A stretch of DNA of 64,000 bases from a virus: positions 2,579 to 66,578 of the IMG/VR virus record IMGVR_UViG_2863177392_000001; one strand, given 5' to 3'. Position 1 is the first letter of the stretch, and every line of letters starts with the position of its first letter. The position numbers and the translations under genes are program-made. This document shows positions 1 to 7,982 of this stretch, piece by piece. The notes below the pieces were generated by a model. The model worked only from the letters and a program-made list of their open reading frames with translations, searched no databases and had not been told where the DNA came from.

Positions 1-123
1 GCGGAGACCGCTGCGAAGGTCGCCCGGGGCGCGTCGCTGATCAAGCACCCGTCGCACACCCGCACCCGTAAGCACCTCGCCGAAAACCCGCTCCCGGAGC
101 AGCAGGACAGGCGGTCGGCATGA
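1..123 (+). CDS. 3' end of a phage hypothetical protein (partial)
   Basis: Open frame from base 1 (AETAAKVARG...RRSA*) whose TGA overlaps the ATG at 120 (ATGA coupling). Confidence 0.5.
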   Translation, partial: AETAAKVARGASLIKHPSHTRTRKHLAENPLPEQQDRRSA

Positions 124-374
124 GCACCCTGACCGAGCCGATGACGCGCCGCGCGTACCTCCTCGCCGCCATACAGGCCGACGGCCGGCCGCTCACCGTG
201 CAGGGCGCCGAACAGCTGATGGCCGACTCGCCCTGGCCGACCGCCCGCCGCAACACCCTCCGCAAGGACCTCCGCTCGCTGGCCGCGCGCGGCCAGCTCC
301 TCGCGACGAACGCGGCCGGGCGCCGCACCTACCACCTGATCAGCACGACCACCGGAGAGGACGGCCGCTCATGA
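120..374 (+). CDS. small winged-HTH-like protein
   Basis: RNTLRKDLRSLAARGQL resembles a wHTH recognition helix; translationally coupled. Confidence 0.55.
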   Translation: MSTLTEPMTRRAYLLAAIQADGRPLTVQGAEQLMADSPWPTARRNTLRKDLRSLAARGQLLATNAAGRRTYHLISTTTGEDGRS

Positions 375-565
375 CGCCGACCCCCGACAGCGAGCGGGTC
401 CTCGGGCAGATCGCCCGCCGCGAGGTCCAGGCGGGGCCCGAGGCCGCCCGCCGGATCGCCATCCGCCACGAGATCGCGTACGGCGCGGCGTTCCGCGGCT
501 CGCCCGCCGAGGCCCTGCTGCTCGCGCTGGCTCGGGCGCAGCGTGAGGCAGGTGCCACCTCGTGA
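371..565 (+). CDS. phage hypothetical protein
   Basis: ATGA/GTGA coupling on both sides, RBS upstream. Confidence 0.6.
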   Translation: MTPTPDSERVLGQIARREVQAGPEAARRIAIRHEIAYGAAFRGSPAEALLLALARAQREAGATS

Positions 566-912
566 GCACCCGTGACCAGCTCCGCCGCTACGTGGCGATG
601 GCGTCGGACGTGTGGACGCCGCGCGAGACGACGGACGCCCGCACCGACGAGCTGTACCAGGCCATCCGCGATGAGGCGTACCGCGAGGGCTACGCCACTG
701 GCCGCAGCCACTCCGGCGCCGACGGCTGGGTCCTCGACCAGTTCAGCGCTGTGTTCACGACCAGCGACGGCAGCGACCGCGCCGTGGGCGAAGTGCGGTG
801 CAACGCCTGCCGCGAGCTGATGCAGGGCGTCGGCCCGCAGACCCTCATCGACCTGATGGCGCTCGCCGCCCGGCACGAGTGCCCGACCCCCAGGAAGGAC
901 GGCCGCTCATGA
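562..912 (+). CDS. phage hypothetical protein (CxxC...HxC, possible Zn binding)
   Basis: Coupled ORF; CNAC and HEC motifs. Confidence 0.6.
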   Translation: MSTRDQLRRYVAMASDVWTPRETTDARTDELYQAIRDEAYREGYATGRSHSGADGWVLDQFSAVFTTSDGSDRAVGEVRCNACRELMQGVGPQTLIDLMALAARHECPTPRKDGRS

Positions 913-1169
913 CCGGCCCCGAGCACTACCGCGAGGCCGAGCGCCTCCTCACCATGGCCCACCGCTTCACCTACGGCGACGGGGCGGACCCCACCGTGGG
1001 CGCCGCGCTGGCCACTGAGGCGCAGGCGCACGCCACGCTCGCCCTCACCGCCGCCACCGCCATGCAGGCCGCGGTCGACGGCTCCGAGCCCGGCATGGGC
1101 TCGGCCGAGTTCAGCGAGTGGTACCAGGCCGCCGGTGTGAAGCCGAAGCCGAGGGGCGGTACCGCCTGA
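909..1169 (+). CDS. phage hypothetical protein (MTGPEHYREAERLL type)
   Basis: ATGA-coupled start at 909; similar to ORF 52520..52717. Confidence 0.7.
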   Translation: MTGPEHYREAERLLTMAHRFTYGDGADPTVGAALATEAQAHATLALTAATAMQAAVDGSEPGMGSAEFSEWYQAAGVKPKPRGGTA

Positions 1170-2110
1170 TGACGACAAGCACGACGGCTGGGACCTCGAA
1201 GGCCCCGGCCGCCGGCCGCCGCTCCCGCACCAAGCAGGAGCCGACCGGCACCGACCGCATCCCCAAGCCGAGCCAGGGCTGGTACCGCGTCAAGGGCACC
1301 GACCTCAAGCTCCGCCGCGTCACCACCATCCTCGAGCAGGGCACGAGCAAGGGCGACGCCCTCACCTTCTGGGCCGGGAACATCACCGCCGAGACCGCGA
1401 TGAACAACCTGCCCTACCTGGTCAGTTCGTCGCTCCGCCTCGACCAGCGCACCGAGGCGTACGACTGGCTGCGCCGCGCCCACGTCCGCAAGAAGGACGA
1501 GCGGGGCGACATCGGCACCGCCGTCCACCGGCTCGTCGAAGCGCATGTCCTGGGCACGCCGATGCCGGAGGAGCTGCTCGCCGACGAGGAGTTGGCGCCG
1601 TTCCTCGACCACTTCCTCCGCTTCGTCGAGGAGTGGCAGGTCAGCTTCGAGGCGTCCGAGATGGTCGTCGGCAACGAGGACGAGGGCTACGCCGGCACGC
1701 TCGACTACCTGCTGCGCTCCCCGCTCATCGCCGGTGCGCTCGCCGCGTACTTCCAGACCGACGTCCCGGCCGACGCCGTCTTCCTCGGCGACACGAAGAC
1801 CGGCGGCGAGCTGGACGTGAAGGGCGTCTACCCGGAAGCGGCCCTGCAGATGGCCGCCTACCGCAAGGCCCGGGTGGCGTGGCTGCGGGACGGCACGAAG
1901 ATCCCGATGCCGTCCACGTTCTGGGCCGGGGTCGTTCTGCACCTGCGGCCCGAGGGCTACCGGCTCATCCCGGCCGTCGCCGACGACGACGTGTACGCGG
2001 CCTTCCTGACCGTGAAGCGCAACGCCGAGTGGACCTCGGGCCTCTCGAAGACGGTCATCCGGCCCGCCCTCACCCTGCCCACCCCGAACGACGAAGAGAG
2101 GGCCGCCTGA
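1169..2110 (+). CDS. PD-(D/E)XK exonuclease (Cas4/RecE-like phage recombination nuclease)
   Basis: GTAVH, YAGTLD, LGDTKTG and LQMAAY motifs. Confidence 0.8.
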   Translation: MTTSTTAGTSKAPAAGRRSRTKQEPTGTDRIPKPSQGWYRVKGTDLKLRRVTTILEQGTSKGDALTFWAGNITAETAMNNLPYLVSSSLRLDQRTEAYDWLRRAHVRKKDERGDIGTAVHRLVEAHVLGTPMPEELLADEELAPFLDHFLRFVEEWQVSFEASEMVVGNEDEGYAGTLDYLLRSPLIAGALAAYFQTDVPADAVFLGDTKTGGELDVKGVYPEAALQMAAYRKARVAWLRDGTKIPMPSTFWAGVVLHLRPEGYRLIPAVADDDVYAAFLTVKRNAEWTSGLSKTVIRPALTLPTPNDEERAA

Positions 2111-3267
2111 TGCCCATCATCGACCTGCAGCGCCGCATGCGGCAGCTCGGCGAGATCCGCCTCGGCCACGTCGTGCCCACCGCCAACGGCAAGACCCGCC
2201 CGGCCAAGCTCGACAAGTTCCGCTTCACCAGCCCCTCCCGGGACATCCTCACCGCCGTCGCCGAGCTGTACGGCGGCGAGGTCAAGCCCTGGACCCCGGC
2301 CAACGGCGGCCCCTCCGAGTACGAGGTCTACTCCCAGGCCAACCGGCTCCCGGTGCTGATCCCGCCGAAGGACGCCGTCTCGCAGTGGTACGAGCTGTAC
2401 GCCGGATCGAAGTGCGTGCGCCGCTGCGACGGCCAGACCGAGCATAAGTCCGACCGGCCCTGCATGTGCGACCCGGACAACCGCGAGTGCGCCATGACCA
2501 CCCGCGTCAACGTCATGCTCCGCGACGTCCCAGCGCTCGGGCAGTGGCTCCTCATCTCCAAGGGCTACTACGCGGCCGTCACCCTGCCCCCGGCCGCCGA
2601 GCTGCTGTCGCAGGCCGGCGGGTACGTCGCCGGGTGGCTCGGGATGGAAGAGAAGACGGCCATCGTCAAGGACAAGCTGGCCCGCTTCAAGGTGCCCACC
2701 CTGGACGTCGAGATCACCCCGGCCGCGCTGATGGCCGGGCAGATCACCGGCGGCCCCCAGGAGGTGGCGTCCGGGCCCGAGCGGGTGGCCATCACCAGCG
2801 GCCGGCCGGACTACGCGGCGCTCGCCGCCGAGGCGAAGACCCCCGCGGAGGTGCGCGCCCTCTATGAGCAGGCCGTCGAGCGCGGGGAGATGGACAAGAA
2901 CCTCGCGGACACGCTGACCGCCCGCGCGACGGCCCTTGGCGCCGAGGTGAAGAAGCCGAGCGAGAGGAAGCCGGACAACGACGGCCCACACCCGGACGAC
3001 GTCCAGCGGATCCTCAACCCCGCCGACTACGGCGACGCCCCGGACGACGAGGGCGTGTACGAGGCCGAGGTCGTGGACGCCCCCGACCCGGCCGCCGCCG
3101 AGGCCATGTGGTTCCAGATCATGGCCGCCGCCGGGCCGCGCGGCATGACCACCGAACAGTTGGAGACCGCGTTCGCCCAGCGCCACGGCGGCCTGCACCC
3201 CTCGTCCGCCACCATCGCGCAGCTGGAGCAGTTCCTCGCCGCGCTCAAGGCGGGTGAGGTCGCATGA
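2110..3267 (+). CDS. Gp3-like (recombination directionality factor-like) protein, possible recombinase partner
   Basis: N-terminus MPIIDLQRRMRQLGEIRLG...KFRFTS, CVRRCDG...CMC..C; follows the exonuclease; family call from memory. Confidence 0.6.
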   Translation: MPIIDLQRRMRQLGEIRLGHVVPTANGKTRPAKLDKFRFTSPSRDILTAVAELYGGEVKPWTPANGGPSEYEVYSQANRLPVLIPPKDAVSQWYELYAGSKCVRRCDGQTEHKSDRPCMCDPDNRECAMTTRVNVMLRDVPALGQWLLISKGYYAAVTLPPAAELLSQAGGYVAGWLGMEEKTAIVKDKLARFKVPTLDVEITPAALMAGQITGGPQEVASGPERVAITSGRPDYAALAAEAKTPAEVRALYEQAVERGEMDKNLADTLTARATALGAEVKKPSERKPDNDGPHPDDVQRILNPADYGDAPDDEGVYEAEVVDAPDPAAAEAMWFQIMAAAGPRGMTTEQLETAFAQRHGGLHPSSATIAQLEQFLAALKAGEVA

Positions 3268-3998
3268 CCGCCTGGTACGAGGGACGCCTGGCCGGCTTCG
3301 ACCTGGAGACCACCGGCGTCGATGTCGAGCAGGACCGCATCGTCACCGCGTGCGTCGTTCAGTGCGGCGGCGGCAATCCCACTCAGTCCTTCACGTGGAT
3401 GGCCGACCCGGGCATCGAGATCCCCGAAGAGGCCGCGAAGGTCCACGGGATCACCACCGAGCGGGCCCGCGCGGAGGGGCGGCCGGCGGCCGAGGTCGTC
3501 GAGCAGGTGGTGGCCGCGCTGGCCGAGTCGGTGCTGGCTGGTCTGCCGGTTGTCGCGATGAACGCCTCATTCGACCTGACGATCCTGGACCGGGAGGCCC
3601 GCCGCCACGGAGTTCAGCCGCTGGTCGACATCGTCGGCGACGACCTGCTGGTGGTCGACCCGCGGGTGCTGGACAAGAAGGTTGACCGGTACCGGCCCGG
3701 TGGCCGCAAGCTCGAAGACCTCTGCCGCACCTACAAAGTCGCCCTGGACGGCGCGCACTCCGCCGATGCGGACGCGATCGCCGCGTGCCGAGTGGCGTGG
3801 CGGATCGCGACGAAGGACCCGCGAATCGGCGGCGCCCCGCTGAGCGCACTACACCTGTGGCAGGTCTCGTGGGCACGGGAGCAGGCGGAGTCGCTGGCCG
3901 CGCACTTCCGGAGCACGCCCGGCAAGGAGTCGTGGGCGGACGGCGTGCGCACGGAGTGGCCGCTGATCCCCGTGCAGCGGGCGGGTGAAGCGTCGTGA
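3264..3998 (+). CDS. DnaQ-like DEDDh 3'-5' exonuclease
   Basis: FDLETTG, NASFDL and AHSADADA motifs. Confidence 0.9.
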   Translation: MTAWYEGRLAGFDLETTGVDVEQDRIVTACVVQCGGGNPTQSFTWMADPGIEIPEEAAKVHGITTERARAEGRPAAEVVEQVVAALAESVLAGLPVVAMNASFDLTILDREARRHGVQPLVDIVGDDLLVVDPRVLDKKVDRYRPGGRKLEDLCRTYKVALDGAHSADADAIAACRVAWRIATKDPRIGGAPLSALHLWQVSWAREQAESLAAHFRSTPGKESWADGVRTEWPLIPVQRAGEAS

Positions 3999-4288
3999 TC
4001 ACGGACGTCACCCTCGGCGCCACCGCCGTCATGGCCGCCCTCGTCGGCGCCACGTCCCTCGCCCGCTGGTGGACCCTCCCAGTCCCGGCCGGGCGCCGCC
4101 ACCGCCGCACCGGGCCGCCGCTCCCGCCGCCCGTCGAGGCCCTGGAGAAGACCGCCGCGCTCTGCCGGGCGGAGGGCCGGGTCACGGTCCACGCCCGCAC
4201 CCACATCACCCGGCAGCTGATCTGCCTCGACTGCCGCAACACCACCTCAGACCCGCTCAACACCCGAGAGGAGGCCACCGGTGCCTGA
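3995..4288 (+). CDS. hypothetical protein with N-terminal hydrophobic segment and C-terminal Cys/His motif
   Basis: Coupled ORF; LC...H...CLDC. Confidence 0.55.
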   Translation: MITDVTLGATAVMAALVGATSLARWWTLPVPAGRRHRRTGPPLPPPVEALEKTAALCRAEGRVTVHARTHITRQLICLDCRNTTSDPLNTREEATGA

Positions 4289-4517
4289 CCTCACCGACGC
4301 CGAACTCGACCAGCTCATCAAGGACATCGGCCTGAAGCTGCCCCGCGGCGGCAGCCTCCGCAAGCCGATCGCCCACGGCACCTATCGGGGCTCGCGGCAG
4401 CACTACTACCGCCGGGAGCCGCTGTGCGAGGCGTGCCGCAAGGCCGAGCGCGAGTACCAGAACGCGCGGTACGCCGCGGGGAAGCGCCAGTACAGCCCGA
4501 AGGGTGGTGCCCGGTGA
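4281..4517 (+). CDS. small Zn-finger-like phage protein
   Basis: HGT...H...EPLCEACR motif, also found at the end of the WhiB protein. Confidence 0.6.
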   Translation: MPDLTDAELDQLIKDIGLKLPRGGSLRKPIAHGTYRGSRQHYYRREPLCEACRKAEREYQNARYAAGKRQYSPKGGAR

Positions 4518-5104
4518 GCACCCTCTTCGACGTCACCCCCGAGGCACCGGCCGCCCCCGCGGCGGCCGGGCCCCGGCCCCTCGTGATCGGGGCCGACCTC
4601 TCCCTCAAGTCCACCGGGCTCGGCTCCGCCGACTGGACCGACCACGTCCGCACCAAGGACAGCCAGCGCGGCCACCCCCGACTCGCGTTCCTCATGCAGG
4701 AGATCGGCTCGTTCCTCCGCACCGCCGACCTCGTCGTCCTCGAAGGCCCCTCCTACGGCCACGCCGGACAAGGCGGCCACGAGGAACTCGCCGGACTGCG
4801 GATCATGGTGCAGCACTGGCTGTGGCGCCGCGAGATCCCGTACGCCATCGTCCCGCCGTCCTCACTGAAGCTGTTCTTCGCCGGACACGGCCAAGCCCCG
4901 AAGTCGCTCATGCGCGGCGCCGCCGAGCGCCTGTACGGCCGCACCTTCGAGGGACCGGCCGCGAACGACGAGTGCGACGGCTTCGCCCTGGCGGCCGCAG
5001 GCTACGCCTGGCTGGGGCACCCGCTGGCCGAGGTGCCGGAGCGGCAACTCGCCGCGCTGGAGGGCTGCGCGTGGCCCGAGCGCGAGTCGGTGACCACCCG
5101 ATGA
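4514..5104 (+). CDS. RuvC-like Holliday junction resolvase
   Basis: VIGADLSLKSTG, VVLEG, VPPSSLK..FAGHG and NDECDGFALA motifs. Confidence 0.8.
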   Translation: MSTLFDVTPEAPAAPAAAGPRPLVIGADLSLKSTGLGSADWTDHVRTKDSQRGHPRLAFLMQEIGSFLRTADLVVLEGPSYGHAGQGGHEELAGLRIMVQHWLWRREIPYAIVPPSSLKLFFAGHGQAPKSLMRGAAERLYGRTFEGPAANDECDGFALAAAGYAWLGHPLAEVPERQLAALEGCAWPERESVTTR

Positions 5105-5472
5105 GCACCGCCCTCGCCCTCTTCGACCTCGCCGCCCTCACCCCGGCCGACCCCACCCAGTGCGCCTGGTGCGGCACCCGGCCGGCCACCACCCGCGTCA
5201 CCGCCGTGAAGAACCTCTACGGCACCCACCCGGCCTGGCTCGGCCGCACCCGCTACCGCGACGCCACCCGCACCACCAACTCCGGGCCCTGCTGCCACCC
5301 GTGCGCCACCTACGTCGCCGACGCCTGGTGGGGCACCACCACCAGCTGCGGCCACGGCGCCTGCCGCCTGTGGACCCACACCCTCAACCAGCCGCGCCCG
5401 CAGGCCAACTGCGCGCACCACCACACCGAACGCACCGTCGTCCGGCTCGCACCGATGGAGGTGCCCGCATGA
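5101..5472 (+). CDS. Cys-rich hypothetical protein
   Basis: Coupled ORF with several CxxC motifs. Confidence 0.55.
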   Translation: MSTALALFDLAALTPADPTQCAWCGTRPATTRVTAVKNLYGTHPAWLGRTRYRDATRTTNSGPCCHPCATYVADAWWGTTTSCGHGACRLWTHTLNQPRPQANCAHHHTERTVVRLAPMEVPA

Positions 5473-6176
5473 CCCGCATCACCCACCGGGTCCACGGCAA
5501 GCCCGACCACGGCGACCACTGGCGCGACCAAGCCGCCTGCGCCGACCCCCAGTACAAGGGCCACGAAGACCTCTGGTTCGCACTCTCCACCGACAAGGAA
5601 GCCATCGCCGCGGCCAAGCGGATCTGCGCCACGTGCCCCGTCCTCGAAGCATGCCTCCGCGACGCCCTCACCGAAGAAGGCGGCCAGTCCCTCGACCGCA
5701 GGTACGGCATCCGCGGCGGCACGACCGCCACCGAGCGGCTCAACGCCTACCGCCGCGCCCGCAAGGCCGCGACGCCGATCCAGCCCCCCGTCACCGGGAT
5801 CCGGCCGCCGGCCAGCCTCGCCGAGGCCTTCGCCCGGCGCACCGCCCGCACCAGCGACGGCCACCTCACGTGGACCGGCACCGTCGAGCACATCAAGTTC
5901 TCCGGGCAGCGCTACACCGCGCTCCAGGCCGCGTTCATCGTCAGCCACGGCCGCGAACCGGACGGCCCGGTGCGCCGCTCCTGCGGCACCGACTGCTTCC
6001 GCGGCGACCACCTCACCGACGCGGTGATCCGCGACTCGCAGGCGGTGTGCGGGACTCGGGAGGGCTACCGGCGGCACCGCAGGCGCGGCGAGGACGCGTG
6101 TCCGGCGTGCAGGCGGGCCAACGCGGACGCCGACAACCGGTTGCGCCGTACCGGCACGACACGGACGGCGGCATGA
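5469..6176 (+). CDS. WhiB-family transcription factor with C-terminal extension
   Basis: WRDQAAC...AKRICATCPVLEACL...YGIRGGTTATER signature. Confidence 0.9.
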   Translation: MTRITHRVHGKPDHGDHWRDQAACADPQYKGHEDLWFALSTDKEAIAAAKRICATCPVLEACLRDALTEEGGQSLDRRYGIRGGTTATERLNAYRRARKAATPIQPPVTGIRPPASLAEAFARRTARTSDGHLTWTGTVEHIKFSGQRYTALQAAFIVSHGREPDGPVRRSCGTDCFRGDHLTDAVIRDSQAVCGTREGYRRHRRRGEDACPACRRANADADNRLRRTGTTRTAA

Positions 6177-6448
6177 GCAGCCGCTGCGACGTCCCCCGCG
6201 ACGACCACGACGGCGAAGTCCGGCCCTACGTCAACGGCCCCAAGTGCGACCGGCACGCCCCGTGGGCCGTCAAGGGACTGCCGAAGCCCCAGCCCGGGCC
6301 CGGGCTCCCGGCCGGCGCCTGGACCACACCGTCGCCGATCTCGGACTCGGCCCTCTTCGACGACCGGGCCGTCGCCTCCGGTAAGCGCCGCGCCAGCCCC
6401 GAGGCCTACCGCGCCGCCCAGGCCGCCACCAGCCACACGACCACCTGA
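6173..6448 (+). CDS. phage hypothetical protein
   Basis: Coupled ORF (MSSRCDV...). Confidence 0.6.
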   Translation: MSSRCDVPRDDHDGEVRPYVNGPKCDRHAPWAVKGLPKPQPGPGLPAGAWTTPSPISDSALFDDRAVASGKRRASPEAYRAAQAATSHTTT

Positions 6449-6486
6449 CCTACCCGCACCACCCACAAGAGAGGCACCAACCGCAC

Positions 6487-6852
6487 ATGACCGTGAACCA
6501 CGAGACCGGCGAGATCCAGCAGGCGCCCGTCGCCGCCTTCCTCGCCAGCCACCTCAACGGCCGCACCGACGAGGAACTCTCCTGCGAGTTCCACCAGCTG
6601 CTCGACGCCGTCCGCGCCCACGGCAAGAAGGGCTCGATGACGATCACCATCGTCGTCGACCCGCCGGCCAACGGCGTCGACTCCGCCCCCATGCCCATCG
6701 GCGTCGAGTCCGCCCTCAAGGCCCCCAAGCCCACCCCCGTCAAGTCCCTGTACTTCCTCGACGACGACGGCCAGCCCGTCCGCGAGGACCCCCGCCAGAT
6801 GGCCATCGAGTTCCGCACCGCCCCCGCCACCGACAACTTCAAGGACGCCTGA
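6487..6852 (+). CDS. hypothetical protein, usual partner upstream of DUF2303 (YfdP-like)
   Basis: AVRAHGKKGSMTITI...FLDDDGQPVREDPRQ; synteny. Confidence 0.7.
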   Translation: MTVNHETGEIQQAPVAAFLASHLNGRTDEELSCEFHQLLDAVRAHGKKGSMTITIVVDPPANGVDSAPMPIGVESALKAPKPTPVKSLYFLDDDGQPVREDPRQMAIEFRTAPATDNFKDA

Positions 6853-6855
6853 CCC

Positions 6856-7662
6856 ATGACCAACGACAACGCGCAGGTCATCGTCGACACCGCCCTCCGC
6901 GGCGCCGAGCCGGCCGAACTCACCCCGGGCAAGTACTACGCCTTCGTCACCCCCGCCGGCCTCCAGAAGGTCGACCTCACCGGCGACGAGTACAAGGACA
7001 CCCCCACCCGCAAGACCGGCACCACCACCGTCCGCGACGCCGAGTCCTTCCTCGCCTACTGGACGAAGCACCACGACGACAACAGCGAGGTCTACGCCGA
7101 CGCCGAGCGCCTCACCGTAACCGCCGTCCTCGACGCCCACACCCCCGACGGCGCCCGCTGGTCCGGCCACCGCCTCCACCTCGCCCTGCGCGAGACCGAC
7201 GCCTGGAAGCAGTGGATCCGCAACGACGGCCAGCTGATGCCCCAGGAGCAGTTCGCCGAGTTCCTCGAGGACCACCTCCCCGAACTCCTGGAGCCGACCT
7301 CCGCCGAAATGCTGGAGATCGCCCAGTCCTTCCAGGCCGCCGTGAAGGTCGACTTCCAGTCCGCCACCCGACTCTCCTCCGGGCAGCGGCAGTTCCAGTA
7401 CGTCGAGACCGCCACCACGAAGGCCGGCCAGAAGGGCCAGCTGGTGGTGCCCGAGACCTTCGTCGTCGGCCTCATCCCGTTCGAGGGCAGCGACGGCTAC
7501 CGGCTCACCGCCCGCCTCCGCCACCGCATCGGGCAGAACGGCCTCGCCCTCGGCTACAAGCTCGAGCGGCCCGCGGACATCCGCAAGACCGCCTTCGACG
7601 ACGTCGTCCGGAAGATCGGTGAGCAGATCGACACCGCGGTCATGAACGGCAGCCCGGCGTGA
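6856..7662 (+). CDS. DUF2303 (YfdQ-like) protein
   Basis: AVLDAH...W..HR, QEQFAEFLED, PETFVVGLIPFEG, ARLRHR motifs. Confidence 0.8.
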   Translation: MTNDNAQVIVDTALRGAEPAELTPGKYYAFVTPAGLQKVDLTGDEYKDTPTRKTGTTTVRDAESFLAYWTKHHDDNSEVYADAERLTVTAVLDAHTPDGARWSGHRLHLALRETDAWKQWIRNDGQLMPQEQFAEFLEDHLPELLEPTSAEMLEIAQSFQAAVKVDFQSATRLSSGQRQFQYVETATTKAGQKGQLVVPETFVVGLIPFEGSDGYRLTARLRHRIGQNGLALGYKLERPADIRKTAFDDVVRKIGEQIDTAVMNGSPA

Positions 7663-7970
7663 CCGGGGCCCGGCCGCGGGGCGGCGACACCCCACAGCGC
7701 TGCCCCGCGTGCCGGGCAACCCTCCTCGTCCAGTGGGTCGGCCGCACCGCAGCCCTCAAAGCCACGGTCGACGTCCCGCCCCCGGACGAGGCCCGGCCCT
7801 ACCCGGCCGCCGCCGCAGCCAGCACACCCCACGACCTCGTCTGGTGCCTGCCCCGCCCCCGCCACGGCCCGCTCCGGCTCCGCTGGACCACCGGTCGACA
7901 CCCGCCCGACTGCCCCCACCAGCACCTGCTCACGCACCGCTGCACCACCGAACCGACCACGCTCTTCTGA
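7659..7970 (+). CDS. hypothetical protein (CPAC...HRC)
   Basis: Coupled ORF upstream of the helicase. Confidence 0.5.
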   Translation: MTGARPRGGDTPQRCPACRATLLVQWVGRTAALKATVDVPPPDEARPYPAAAAASTPHDLVWCLPRPRHGPLRLRWTTGRHPPDCPHQHLLTHRCTTEPTTLF

Positions 7971-7982
7971 GGAGACCGCCCC

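Noticed and set aside
1169-2110. Cas4-like nuclease as evidence of CRISPR-Cas
   Set aside because: Stand-alone phage recombination context; no Fe-S cysteine set, other cas genes or array.
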